Positions 31,399 through 45,500 of a stretch of 64,000 nt of DNA are shown piece by piece; position 1 is the first letter of the stretch; the number at the start of each line of letters is the position of its first letter. This DNA is from Tubulanus polymorphus (lineage: Eukaryota; Animalia; Nemertea). The stretch lies in NCBI RefSeq assembly GCF_964204645.1, contig NC_134027.1, positions 8,402,485 through 8,466,484 of the forward strand, written 5' to 3'. A program made the translations under genes and the position numbers. Under the pieces are notes generated by a model. The model had not been told where the DNA came from, ran no database searches, and saw nothing but the letters and a program-made list of their open reading frames with translations.

Positions 31399-33990
31399 AT
31401 GTATAGACTGCTGATTGCATTTGCTGCGTTGCTACTGGCCGGTTTCGTCATGTATCCACCGCCAAAATTGTCATCACGATTAAAGGAATGGTTGGACAGC
31501 GGGCAATATTTCCAGCATAAAGGACACAACATCTTCTATATAGGTGCAGTAACCCAGATGAAGACCTACTTTCAGATTTTAATTCATTTTATCATTTCAA
31601 AGATATAGTTCCAAGTTTTCTTTCTATTTAAGTAGTCCTATGCTTTAGTTGGATTTTTCTTATTAAGAATAAGGTTAATGCATGTCAATTCACATTTTAA
31701 GTGCTTATGAATAAGTGTAATGATGTAATGATGATGCTTATGTATTTATAGGTCCTCAGCTCCTGAGATCTGATTAGTTTTATCCTGTTTTGTAATTAGT
31801 TAGAAGGCTGCTTCATCCTCCCCTGGCAGGGATTTGAACCTAATGGCGTGATCCTGATAACCTAGTTGATTGATTTTTGTTTTGAATCGCATTATAGATA
31901 TTGTGACCAAGGCGAACTCGAAAGCAGCGAGTAGTGTCATCTGTTTACACGGATTCCCTACATCAAGCTACGACTGGTACAAAATACTGCCAGATCTGCA
32001 GAAACATTTTCACCGGGTTGTATTACTGGATTTTATTGGTTTCGGATTTAGTGACAAACCGGTAATCTCAATGATGAAGTGACTTTGATATAAAGGACGA
32101 AAAGGAAAGAAATAAAACATTGAAGTTTTTTTTCTTGCAGGTTAATCACACATACAGTATTTTTGAACAAGCTGATATTGTAGAAGATTTGTTAGACAAT
32201 CTAGAAATTAATGATGTTCATCTACTAGCTCACGATTATGGAGATACCGTTGCTCAGGAGCTGCTTTCAAGGTAAATAAATCTAACAAATACAATATGTC
32301 TAAGAAATACAGTATCTCTGCTTTGATGATTCAGGAAAATGTTTTATGAGTAGTATTGAAAGATAAGTTTAAGTATAAGCGGGTTTACAGACACATTCTG
32401 ATGTTGTTAAGGTTCTTTAGGTCTTATGTAAGGATGTCTATTTTCTCTTTAGTAAAGTTCAATATCTGAATTTTTAGATACAATGAAAAGGACCGATCTA
32501 AATCTTTGAAACATACTTATCAGATTCTCAGTGTTTGCCTATTAAATGGAGGTAGGCTCATTCATTACTTTACACAGCCCCAAATAGACAGCTTGGAAAT
32601 CAATGCCTTGCAACAGATATTAATTAACTGATAAACCACTCATATTTTAATCTAATCACATTTGGCTTCATTCTCTACATTTTGACCATTGTTTTTAGGA
32701 ATATATCCAGAATCGCATTCTCCGAGACCTATACAGAAGGTAATGTAAAATGAAAATGAAAAAGTATGCTTATTTTTTTGCAGGAATTTATCCAGAGACA
32801 AACTTTCCGAGATTTACTCAAAAGGTAGATAACTTTAGAGCAAAAATGACAATCATGAAAAATTGATGAAAATATGAAATGGTCTCACTTGTAGTAGTTG
32901 GGGAATTTCCCCTCTTTATCCAGTGGAAATTGAATTACAGTTTCTATCATATCAAATGATATTTCAAAATTATTTTTATGTTCGTATTTGCAGATTTTAC
33001 TTCAACCTTATATCGGTGCTATCGCAAGTAGATTAATGTTCTTCCAGTCATTTAGATTTAGGTATATTTAACTTGAAACTCATGTGTTAGATATAACTCA
33101 GTTCATTTATACTTCCAACTTACAAAAACCAATGAGAAATTTACAAAAAAACATATTCTTATGTTTTGGTCTAGTTTCAATAAAGTGTTTGGCCCTGATA
33201 CTCAGCCTGCTGATGAGGAATTAGAAGATTTTTGGGCAGCCATGAGGTGGAAAGATGGTCATGCGATTTTTCATAGGTAAGTAATTACATATTTGTGACT
33301 GGGTATTCCTATTTTTAGTACATGTATATGGAAAGGGAGTCAAATGCAGTGCGTATAATTCATTCATTTATTGAATTACGTTTTTCTTCAGGTTAATCAA
33401 ATACATTCCAGAAAGGCAATCAAATAAAGATAGGTGGGTCGGTGTTTTAAAAGATTGTTCAATACCTAGTAAGTTCTATTGAGATATCTACTACATATTT
33501 GTTAGAGAAATCTTTCAGTCAACAATGTTCAATAATTATACATCATTTCCATTTTTCAGTAAAAATAATTTACGGTCCAGCAGACCCAGTCAATCCACCC
33601 ATCAAATTCATCCCACATTCAAAGTAAGTATATTATGGGGTATTTACAGTAATTTATGTAAGGCTAAATATTTCTGTCTCAAGTTTAGGGTACTTCTGAG
33701 GAAATGATCAAATATGTGGTAAATCAGCTTCCAGTTCAAAGCAGCTAGTCAATTAACTCTAAACCCACCAAGATTCATGATCTGAAAGTAATCTAAACAT
33801 ATGTACATGTAATAGATACACTATGGTACTTTTGATTTATCTTTTCAGAAATACAGCTCCAAAAGTGGGACTCTATGTGCTGTCAGAGAATATAGGACAT
33901 TATCCACAGTTAGAAGATCCTAGTGGGGTCGTGGAGGAATACCTGAAATTTTTAACGCCGTTAAAAATTGCTCATACTCAAGCTATGTAA
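31399..33990 (+). CDS. MEST: Mesoderm-specific transcript homolog (alpha/beta hydrolase)
   Basis: Exons 31399-31543, 31898-32061, 32141-32271, 32478-32551, 32699-32739 or 32784-32824, 32994-33061, 33175-33276, 33392-33468, 33560-33623, 33849-33990. Motifs [67 protein letters not shown] probable non-coding first exon ends at donor ATAG|GTAAGG (~30911). Confidence 0.95.
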
Positions 33991-35019
33991 TGATTTTGTA
34001 TATACCGATAATTGTGCTGTAATAGTCAACAGTTCAAATTTTGTTACCTGCGTTGTATGAACATTCACTTTGTCAGTGGAAGAAATAGAATAAGTATACG
34101 AGAGATATTGTGTATCAACTCATAGAATAATTCATTTGAGAAGGAAGTATTCAGCGGGATCATTTTAATGCGTATGTTGTTTAAAATGATTATTTTTGTA
34201 TTGAATAGTATATATTGTGAGACAAGGATTGGAAGTCATGTATATAATAATTAGAGCTGTAAATCAGTTTTGTATCATCGGGATGTATTTTGTAATGAAT
34301 TGTCGTAAAATAAATTAAACCATTAATGATAACCTTGTATTTGTCTTATGTCATTTGTTTGATTTCGAGTGGATTTTGATTTCTACATACTTGTACCACG
34401 AAACACATAGGAAAGGCTAATCTATATGTTATTGTAAATGAGATGACTTGTAGTTAGTAACATCGTTTTTTAAAATACCCGAAATACTGCGAGCGCCGAA
34501 ATCATGCACGTGGACATGCGCATAGACGGATAATAAGATAAAATCCCACTATGTACAGATTATAAGTTTTTTTGAATCGAGAATTTATTTAATCGAAAAA
34601 TTAAAAGATCTTACCCTAGAGATCATCGTCAGGTGTGAGATTATGACTAAAAACGAGGGGAGAACAGGCTAATTGGGTGAATTTCTGAGTTTAATTTGAT
34701 TTTTAAAACTTAATCTGTACATGGGTTTTCATCTAATAGTCCGTTTACCGCGTTTGAGTGTGGATATTCTACTAAGACGGAGATTATCGTATTTTCAAAC
34801 AAATAGATCTTGATTTCTTGATTAAGTCTCAGTCTATATGATATATATGCGACTTCAAGAAGTGATGTGATATTTCGCATCTCAGACATGCATGCAAATA
34901 ATTTTACGTAGTTCAGACAAAGGTGGAGCTACAATTTATAAAAAGGAATATTAGACTTATCATTTGAACGGATACATTTTTATCTTATTCTCCGAAAGTT
35001 TTTTTTTTGATTAAAATGT

Positions 35020-36045
35020 TTAGATGCTGGTTTTCGTGGTAGCATTGGAATCGGATGACTTTCCGCTGGATCTTGTCGCTCCAGATGTCGACGAATTAGC
35101 ATCTGCCAGTGGGAGCGATATTTTAGACTTTCGAATCTTTCGACAGCAGCAACAGAGGACGTTCTTGTAACCTTCTCTGAATGTTGTGTTCATGATTCCA
35201 TAGACGATGGGGTTTGTGCCGGTGCTCAGGTATGTCCAAATTACCGCGTAACGCATCGCGATGCCAACACCTCTCGTATGGATGTTACTATCAATCGCGG
35301 CGACAATTGCGTACGGCCAGAACAGTATAACCATCAGGACAAACGCCGTGAACAGTGAAATAATTGCTTTTTTCGTTTTGGCGTCGATTTTCTCTCCTCT
35401 GTTGACTTTCAAACTTGTTGCGCGAATGGTGATGAAAATCTTGAAATAGAAGCCGAATATCGTGAATGTCGGTATCAGAATTCCGAACGCAATTACCAAG
35501 TAAACGCAGGGCGTTTTTTGGGTGGGGTCAATTCTACAAATGAGTCCATCGAACGTGAAGAAACAACGTCCACCGAACGCTATACCGAAAATCAAACAAA
35601 TCGAATAAATCCAAATTCCAACGCATATCAGCAGCACGTTCCTCTTCGTGTAGATCTTCGGGTACCGATTATGGTGGCAGATTTTGAAATAACGGTTGAT
35701 GGCAATCGCTCCCTGGCCGTAAACAGACACGCCGTAACTGATGTAAGCCACCATCGTCAACGAAAAACATAATGTATCCCTTTCTAGCACTACTGTGTTT
35801 CGTTTCTGTAAAACGGTGATCGATATCTTCGAGGAGAGCATCAGCAGGATTAGCACCAAATCCGACACGCTCACCATCAGAATGAAAGTATTCGTACTCG
35901 TTCGCAATTTCTTCGTCACGAAAAAAGCCGAAATCAACAAACTATTACCGACCAGGCCCAGCAAAGTGAAGATCGGAGCAATTGCGGCGTGAACCGCTTT
36001 TTGAGAAGCGGGCGCTTCCAAAAGATACTTCGTTGTGTTATTCAT
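35020..36045 (-). CDS. Intronless class A (rhodopsin-like) GPCR, melatonin-receptor-like (NRY motif)
   Basis: 341 aa with seven hydrophobic segments. GN in TM1, SVSD in TM2, AIAINRYFKICH after TM3, FWPY in TM6, NPIVY in TM7, and a Cys cluster (CCCC) after helix 8. Confidence 0.88.
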   Translation of the reverse strand: MNNTTKYLLEAPASQKAVHAAIAPIFTLLGLVGNSLLISAFFVTKKLRTSTNTFILMVSVSDLVLILLMLSSKISITVLQKRNTVVLERDTLCFSLTMVAYISYGVSVYGQGAIAINRYFKICHHNRYPKIYTKRNVLLICVGIWIYSICLIFGIAFGGRCFFTFDGLICRIDPTQKTPCVYLVIAFGILIPTFTIFGFYFKIFITIRATSLKVNRGEKIDAKTKKAIISLFTAFVLMVILFWPYAIVAAIDSNIHTRGVGIAMRYAVIWTYLSTGTNPIVYGIMNTTFREGYKNVLCCCCRKIRKSKISLPLADANSSTSGATRSSGKSSDSNATTKTSI

Positions 36046-39000
36046 AATGCCAAAAGTTCATTAAGACTATAATCCTATTTTTCTTACGTGTAACACAGCA
36101 AAGCTCGGTAAACAGACTACCAATTTCACGATCACCACCGTTCGAGCGCCTGACATCCGTATCATTATCCCGGTTTCCAGTAATACTATTGTGGAAAGTC
36201 TCGTATTGTTTATCAATTGACCTCTTGTTAATTTGATCAGTCTAATGGGCTAATTCAGTTGACTCATCTTTTTGAATTCAATAAAACGAACACCACTATT
36301 CCTATATATTCCTGTAAAACGAAACGGAAATCCCCCCCCATAAAATAGAAATTAAATTCGAAGACGTCACGAAGGTTAATTTTTATGGGTCACAAAGGTA
36401 CTTAGCGGCAGTGGCTTCAAACCATCTAATCTGCCTAATCAAACCTTTTATCTTTATCTGTTAAGTTATTTCATTTACTATCTATTGTCTAGGGTACGAC
36501 TGAAAGGGTAAGACAGTGTATACGCGTTCCTTGTCGGTCGTAAAGAAATTCCCGGAAGTTTTCTTTTTTTCTTCGATGCAAAGTCATGATAAAATGATAT
36601 TAGCTGCAATTTAACATGAATTGACCTATTCACTAGGGAATTCTTACAGCAGATATAAATCTTGCAGGATATTTTTGAATTTCTATCGGGAAACTTGTTG
36701 ATTAGCTATATAACTACTGTTTGGTAAAAATTCCATCGAATGTTTTCAAATAATAGACAATTTGGATACCAGCATCATAACCAGCATCACATCCTCCTTC
36801 GCCTAATCATCAATTTTCCGACAATTTGATCTGAAGAGGGAGTGTACATGTTTGGTGTCATTTAAAACTATGCACATTGTTTTCCATCCCGGAACTTAGA
36901 AAAAACCTCCACAATATGCATGTACCACTGTGATACATACCTGTATCTGGACATTGACATGATATTTAGTTCTGAAGAGGAAGAGATCCCACTTTTTCTG
37001 GAGGCTTTTGGATCCGCCCCTGTCCATGTTCTCAGACATTACATAAACACGGGCATAAGCACCATTCTTCCAACTTCTGATCACCTATGCTCAGATCAGA
37101 ACCTCACATGTATTACAAACAGCAGATATTAGCCGTCTTCAGTTATCACCATACAAAATCAATCGCCAAAATGAGCTGGTTTCGGGTTGCAGATTGTAAT
37201 CGGCATAAACCACAGACCAGTTATTGTTCTAGGTTTATGGTTTCCATTAATTTCTTTTTGCCATTCAAGAATTCCATCACCATTAAATGAAAACAAAATG
37301 TTAATGTTGTGTAATTTTTTATTGGGTCTTTATATCATAATTAACCATTTAACACAAAAAACAGTATTCATTCTTCATTGTTTTATATTCTATAATTGTA
37401 TTTACACAAGTATCGTAACAAATAGATTTCTTATTATACAATACATATGTACATAGTGAAGAAATTGCATCAGTTCAGAGCAAGTTTTAGTCAGTATTAA
37501 ACTGTTTGGTGATATGAAACAAAAAACGAACAACTTTTTTCATAACTTATAGCTAGAAAGTGCTCTTCAAATCAATATCAAGATCAAGTAAACCTTGCTC
37601 TAAAATACTGTATCAACTGTAAATGTCTGAAGTTACAACAATTGGATAAATCAATATACAATTTTAGGTCATTCCATAGAACTCAAATCGAATTTGATTT
37701 GAGTTCTTAGGTCATTCCAAGAAACGCATTGTTAGAGATACAGGGAAATATACGATATTGATATTTTTTCACTCCACCAAGGATATCATGATTATCAATT
37801 ACAATTTTCAGTCGGAACTTAAACTCCCTCCACAGAGGTTCATACAATCTTAAGGTCGAAAGAAATAAATTTCACCCCCAATATTACTTCAGCCACAATC
37901 GCATCAGCCAACAAATACTGTGAGACAAGATTACATGAAAGTGCGTCGTATTCAATATTAGAAAATCAACCATTTTGGTCTCTATATTATATAAAATATA
38001 TATATATATATATATGTACAAGTGTGGTTTTTTTGGTTATCGAAGACTACTATCTACAAGAATGTTAAAGCAGTGTGGGACCTTATTCGTGAGACAACAA
38101 ATCCGAACATCACGTTTTTACATCATAGACCGTTTAAATTAGCAGATTGGTGTCGGATGGATGCATGTGTTGATACACTGCAACAGGGCTTTTGTCATTT
38201 TTTACATTTCACGGTTTAAAAGTGCGCCATCTACTAAATATTCCATATTCGTTATATTCATTTATAAATCTTAATAGTATAACAACAGTAATCATCATTG
38301 TACAGAGTAATGCCCCTTTGATAGTACGAATGAAACTGTATGATTGTGTATGTAAGGTTGGACAGGTAGCAGCAGTGATCTATATATATATATATATTGA
38401 TATATTCATATTCAAATACCGATGTATATTTTGCATCCATGCACATGTCAAGTAAGTGCTGCCACACTCTAGCGACTACTCTACAATTCGTTTCATGTGT
38501 TCTGTATTTTAGAATAATGGCAAGAGGTTAAAGCCATTACTAGACGAACTAGGCGTCCAGGGACACCGCACCCACTTGGTGAAATGCTTGACAATGTCGA
38601 ATTTCAATAGTCAACACCCCCGATGATCAAATACAGGAATCAATTATTTTGGTAAACACTACTGACCACCAGTCGGCCATCTTGATCTGATTTGGCCAGT
38701 CTTTGGCCTGCCAATGTGTCTAGGGTATATGTATGTACCAAATATCAGGGCAATCCATTGAAGCATCTTCAAAACTCCCCATAGTGATTATGGACAGAGG
38801 AACAAATCGATGGACGAAAAGTGAACGCAACTGAATCGAAACAAAAAAGTAGAGGGAAATTAACTACACTAATAAAGAAATTGAATAAAAATATATTATT
38901 CAAAATAAAAACCGAAAAAATTGAGGCTATGGAAGCAAAGCTTTCGGCGAAGAATAGTTAAATATTTTGGAAATGATTCGAAAAAAAATGAAATGTGTAC

Positions 39001-39579
39001 GTGTATACGTACACATAATTTTGTGTAATACGGACATTCAACAATATATTATGGCGTGCAATAGATCATTGTGATCTGATTTACCGATAAAAAAACATGA
39101 CAGAATAAATCACTGAATAATGATCAACAACTTTGAATTGTTTCCTAGGCTTGACAGAACCTTTCTGAATGGTATCCATCGAACTAGACACAGCAAAATC
39201 TATACACTGCCATGATATGAACATTTATTCTTCAACTAGCACCGCTGAAACAAGGTCGCACATGTCAACAATAAGTAAGGCTGATTTGGGATCGTAGTCA
39301 CACGCTGGTTTGGTGGAGGGGGTGGTGCGGCGTGGCTGTACGAATTCAATCGACACCGATATCAAATAAAATCATTGAATTTAACGCAGACATTAATTTC
39401 GGAATAAATAATGAGCATCAATAAATATGACCATTTCGCACGACTAACCAACACATCGGTGAGTACGGGTACATTTTTTGCGCTACCGTGGCCATGCATC
39501 CAACTTCGTCAGCTGCCCGAAGATTTATCCGCAAATCGGCTGATATATAAAACACATCTACTAACGTACAAATCCACTG

Positions 39580-42500
39580 CTATGCAAAACTTTCATTGTT
39601 CGCTTTCATTTCGATTTCTAGTTCATGTAGTCTATTATCCATATGCATTCGAATGACGCGATATCGCTGGCGCACCTGTTCCATGTGATCTTTCTCTTCG
39701 CGATTCAAAATCATGAGAAAGTTGTTTAATTCCGGCGTGCTGAACTCGTCCCACTGAAATAAGATTGAAACGACGATTCAATACCGATATCATATAGGAT
39801 GAAAGGTCCGAAGTAACCAATCTAATGCATATTAAAACTGGTCGTTAGATTTACAAATCTTTTTTCGGATTTCAATGTTAAGAGACAGGGCCCGGTTTTA
39901 TAGACTGGCAATACCTTTAACCCGAGGGCTAACTCAATTCATTATCAATTGAGTTAGCCCCTGGGTCAAAGGTAATACCAGTCTATAAAATCGGGCTCTG
40001 GTGTTTACTTACAACTATTTCAGCTAGTTCATTTTCTTGTAATACAAGGCGCCGGTCATGCATCTTATCCGGGCACCATTCTAAGTACAAATACAATGGA
40101 CGTTCAAAATCACTAAGTTTTCGGATTTTCACTGAAAAGAGAGAATAAGACAAACACATGTTAACCCTTTCAGAGCTGACTAATTAATACCCTGAAGTGC
40201 TGGAGATAATTTGAAAATTTTGAAAAAAATCCATCCCAGTCTGTTGCGTAACGGGCATACCCTACATTGCATCTAAATCATGGTGCAGTGTATCATAAGT
40301 TACTTATACTTGCATTTCACTATTTTTGACAGGTGCTACCATCTTTCAATAGGGATACATTACATCAATATACCACAATGCGGTGTACTAGCAAAGTCTA
40401 TCACCCATCTATACACCGCCATACAGAATAGACGCACTGAGAAATGGTTAAAGGCCTGAGTAGACACAGCCTATGAAATACATAGATATGATTTTTAAGA
40501 TTGTTTAACGCACAAAACATTGGCTACGATGCATTAAATGAGTCAGTAGAATCATTCAGGTATTGAGAAAGTGAACTTTCCCCTCGATGCACCCTTATTA
40601 ACCGTGTACACGGTAGAAAATCAATCAAAATCAATCGCGTAATTCTCGTTTTTGATTTATACGAATCTTCATTGATAGATCGACAGTAGGCAAGCGACGC
40701 CGAGCTACGAGATCAATTTCACCGCCCGCGGTAGTGCGCATATATATCGAGTCAGATTGATCAGGGATATTAAGCCATGCTATACGATGGTTTTCACTCG
40801 CGAGCAACCGGCGATGAATAAACAGATTTTTTCCTTTTATGCCGATTATTCAATCAGAAGGAATATTCCCCCGGCGGTACGTGGACCGTGACGAGAACGA
40901 CAAATAAAACCGTTATGAATCTAGATGCTAACTGGAAGATTCATGACATAGGAAATTGAATGTAACCCCCCCCCCCCCCAATACATTCTGCTTAGAGGAG
41001 CAGGTTTTTCAATTTTCTTGTCAAATGTGCAAAGCAACTTTTGCAAATAGGGATTGAGAGCTGACGCAGGAGAGTTGAAATATATCCTCTATTCCGAGAC
41101 TGGTGAAGTTGGTACACTATAACCATGGTAAATCAATAGCCCCCAGTGGTACTGACATCTCAAACATGCAACTGATTAGATTAGTTAAGTGATGAATGGT
41201 GTCCCCTTAGTAACATATTAGCCTAACAAGACTCAACTATTTAACTATTTCCATGAAGATCAAAGTATCAAGGCTAGTTAACAAAAAGATTTGTGTAGAA
41301 TAACACTGACGAACCGCATTCATATTGATGATTAGATCGTATCAAATGGTCCTGATGAAACTAATTGGAAGATAGGAATCCCATCATTCCGCAGTGTCAC
41401 TAGTACAAACAAGGTTGTTGCAAGGTCAACATAAGACAAGACCAATAATCGCGAAGTAGAATCAATATACATTCGATTTCCAGATACCGGTACCTTGATA
41501 CAATCCACAATCGCGATTGCTCGAAGCTATTTAGTTCTTATTGCACTAGCGAATGTTACAGACTTGAAATCCAGGAAATCTATTAACACGTACCTTTATT
41601 ATCTTCTTCTGTATAGTGTTCATACAAGGCAAACTTCATCGGATTATCCGTTATATGGAATTTCTTGAGTAAAATTGTTATCACTTCCCGAGCAGTAGTT
41701 GAACTAAAATGATAATTAAGATACCGGTACTTAGCGTCGGGGGGGGGGGGGACCTTGAAAATGTCATTATCATTCACTAGAAATAAGTAGGGTTGACAGA
41801 AAGTCCTTGCAGGTAATTGAAATTCTAATTTACGGGAGGCCCCGCTGATGTTCATTAATCCTGTTGTGCTACCATACCTGCCCGCCATCAGGCAGCCAGC
41901 GATCCAGGGAAATTAGTTCTATAAATCACTGAATTTCCGTGTCCGGTGAAAATGAATCGGCAACAGCTTTACGGCATAGACACATGCCTGACCTGACCCC
42001 GCGACCAGAAATCCTACCTTGATATGTGTAAAGGCTTGTCTACGTTTCTCGGTAAATAGAACGACGTCGTCAGTGAGTCGTCCTCCTTGATTTCCTCGTG
42101 AGCTAATACTTCGTAGATCGACGGCGGTCGTGTACCTATAGCCATACTGATCGGCCGACTTAGATTCAAATGAACACGAATAGACCCTTGGAATGTATCA
42201 TATTCTTCATCCTGTAATGACAAACATGAGAAAAGATATTAGACGGAACATCCTGCATGAAGTTCTTACCAGTTTGCATGCAATTGATCTTTATCCCTTA
42301 ACCTGCCAAGTGCAGTTGAGAAGTTTGATGTTTTTCCGCACGCAAAGAGAACCGAAATAATGAGATTTAAGCTCAAATACAAAGAATATCATGAACCAAA
42401 TCTACTTCGACCGTCATACGATAATTCTACGAAACAAACCGTCATCCATAACGAGATGTCATGATCAAAGTGTGAAAGTCTTTTCATTTGCAGTTTCGTT

Positions 42501-45500
42501 AGCATTTGTTTCATGTTTCAGGAGAGGTAATAAGATTGTTGGTCTCGGTGATCAACAGTTCAGCGGAAGCATGAAACCTTCCTGATATAAAATGGTAATT
42601 CGATTCTGGTAATAGGATTGATTGACTTGGTCTATATACATTCACATAGCTACACACGGTACTTACTAATGTCATAGTTAAACTATGCGACAGAGAATTG
42701 TATTCGTGAATTTTCTCCTTTAACGTCAGTCCTTCGAATTGACACGCGGTAGTATCAGCAGCAGTTGCAAAACCTGAGTCTGTTGATGTTTCAGCACTCA
42801 CCTAAAACAAAAATACATATTACAGAATGTGGTGCTAAAAGGGATGAGCTGTGAGCTATTGACAAACTAAGGTGAACCTAGCTAAGACCTCCCACACCTC
42901 ATAGATATCATTTTGACGACTGTCCGGTTGGGATGGAAAGAAATGTAGGCTTCCATTAAGCATTCGGCACTGCATTGATGGGAAATACCCACAAATTTAG
43001 CTCCTAAAAGAGATCTGTTTTTATTTGGCAAGTCTTGAGTTTGCAGTTTACCAACTCGATGTAGCTAAGATGAGTGTTAGTTGAAAAGATGATCAATAGA
43101 CCTGTTGAGCAATACGCAGACTCTGCTGTGAATACATACATGAATGTATTATGAAGTAATATAACGCTACCCCCAGGTAATAATAATGTATCCGTACCAA
43201 CCAACGATAAGACATGCCCGATTATGCATATGGTACCATTTGTTGATGTATTTAGTATCATGTCCTGAAGCAATCATACATGGCGCCTCACCTAATTACC
43301 AACAATTCATTATGTATTCCGATGATTTGAATATAAATAGTCCCAATTCTCGAATGATTGCAGTGATAATAAAGCAATCAATGGTTGCTAGTTAGACTTT
43401 AACTGAAACCAAGGTTAGATATTATGTCTTCAGTATATTTTCTGAAAAATGCCGCACAAGGATCTATACAGAGGGGGTGCAGTGAACGAACATCCCTGCT
43501 AAAATTTTCCGAGTACTCTTTTTCTGGCCCTAAATTTTTTCATACATTTTTATATATTTATTTATAGTTTCAAAGTTGCCCTAACGTAGATAATAAGATC
43601 AGATGCCCTGAAAAGTCACTAAAACAATTTCAAGACACCTTTCCCAGACCCCTACAGACTTTGCACAGCGCTGGCTATGAAGTCTTTTGTTCTGCTACCC
43701 CCTTTGCAGAAATTCTATATTCGTCTCTGGCTGCCTACGCGAAAATACATACATTGACGTCGTAGCTATAATCGTAAGAATCATACGACCATCCGTCATC
43801 ACGGCGATTATCTCCGTATAGATATTCGTAAATCTGCGAGCCGAAATCTAACACAAACTCGACCGGCCGACGAAATATTCCGACTATTTTCGACATCGCG
43901 CGTAAATTCTTCAAGGGATCTTCGAGCGAACAAGTCATCGATTCAACTAGGCTTACTAATTAGAGACCAGAGGACACTTCATATTGAGTATCGAGACCTG
44001 CCTGCTAGATACAGCGGTAAAACCCACGTGTCATAACACAGATACGTTAATCCAGTAGTTCGCTATAATATATTGAAATCACTTATTGCAGCCTTTGAAA
44101 GATATAACAGTAGTCCAATACCGATGAATAGTGTTCACTTCCACGCTGTTCTTATAATCATAGAACTGTAACTGAAGGATAGTTCTATGATACTATCAAG
44201 TATTACTCAGTTTCAGAAATATCCCATTTTCATTGTGTATTTCGCTAAATCCATTTCATGCGTTTTATACCGACACACATAATTCTTTGTTCGTGATGAA
44301 GAGAGAGAACATGAATAATAGTTGATAGTCGAGAAAAGCTGACTTCAGAAAAACTTTGTGCTACACCATTACTGCAGCATTTCCTCTATACCAGTAACGC
44401 ATATATAGGTCATAAAGTATTCTCTGTTTTACTACAGCGCCAATAACTCAGTACATCATACGGTTTGGTTCTAACCAGTAGAGGTACCCATTTACCTGTG
44501 TTATAGATTCAGGCAGCGAAGTTCTTCACACTTGAGGGTCCTGCGTGCGTTTCTCTTTCTTATTTATCACCAGTAGCCCATTTTATTTGACTGAGATCAT
44601 TTAAAGGGGGGTCTTAAATTAGCCCTCAGGTTAAGGGAAAACTGGTTTGCCCCTGAGGAACCAGTTTAACAAAAAAATTAAGATCAACTGCTGTCAACAG
44701 TGGGCGATCTTTTCTAACTCCCAAGAAACTCCAATTCTATTAAAATGCCATTAAACAGCAATATATTTGAACTGTGCAATAAACTCTTTAGTTGCAATAA
44801 ATTCTTAGAATTAACAGAATTCTATGGCCCCCAAAGATCTATCTCTAAAGCCAACCCTAAACCTTAACCTAACCCTCTTAAGGCTAAGCTCTAACCATTT
44901 AGACCCTAAAACCTGGTTGAAGAAGCTGCAATTTTTTTCGAAAACCTGGAAATGGGAATTAGAAATGATCATCTCCGCTGACAACAGCCTTCTCAATAAA
45001 TTCAATAGATTAACATAAATCTGGATTAGCTTTGCGTAACTCTCGACCCTGAGGAGATCTGACAACGCTGAAGTGTTAGACGCAGACGAGAAACCATGGA
45101 TATATATCGACCGACCAATCGTGCAAAATGTTTTCTGGGGTCAAATTATCATCGACGAAAGACGCAATCAATAAAACCGGTAGCCCTGGCAGCATATTGT
45201 GAATTAATCAACAGTCATTATTCATTTGTCGATAGATTATTCCGTACACATTTATAGAGGATATCGAAACATGAAGCGACGATAATCAATTCTGAAAGAA
45301 CTGGTCGGCGATGTTATAATTGCAGTCGCTAATGAAATCTCGAGCGTCGATAAACCGGGGAATTCTCAGGAAACTCTCCCGATAAACGGAACTTAACTGT
45401 CAACTTGCCTGGTCTTTTTTACTAAAATTAAACTAACTGCGACGGTGGAGGTTTTTGGATGCCCGTAAAAATGCTGAAATAATGTTTATATACATTGACA

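Noticed and set aside
35020-36045. GPCR as an opsin
   Set aside because: No retinal-binding lysine in TM7 (AVIWTYLSTGTNPIVY).
41583-41888. 101-aa ORF containing KVPPPPDAK
   Set aside because: Only 41594-41703 is RASSF exon. The polyproline comes from an intronic G homopolymer.
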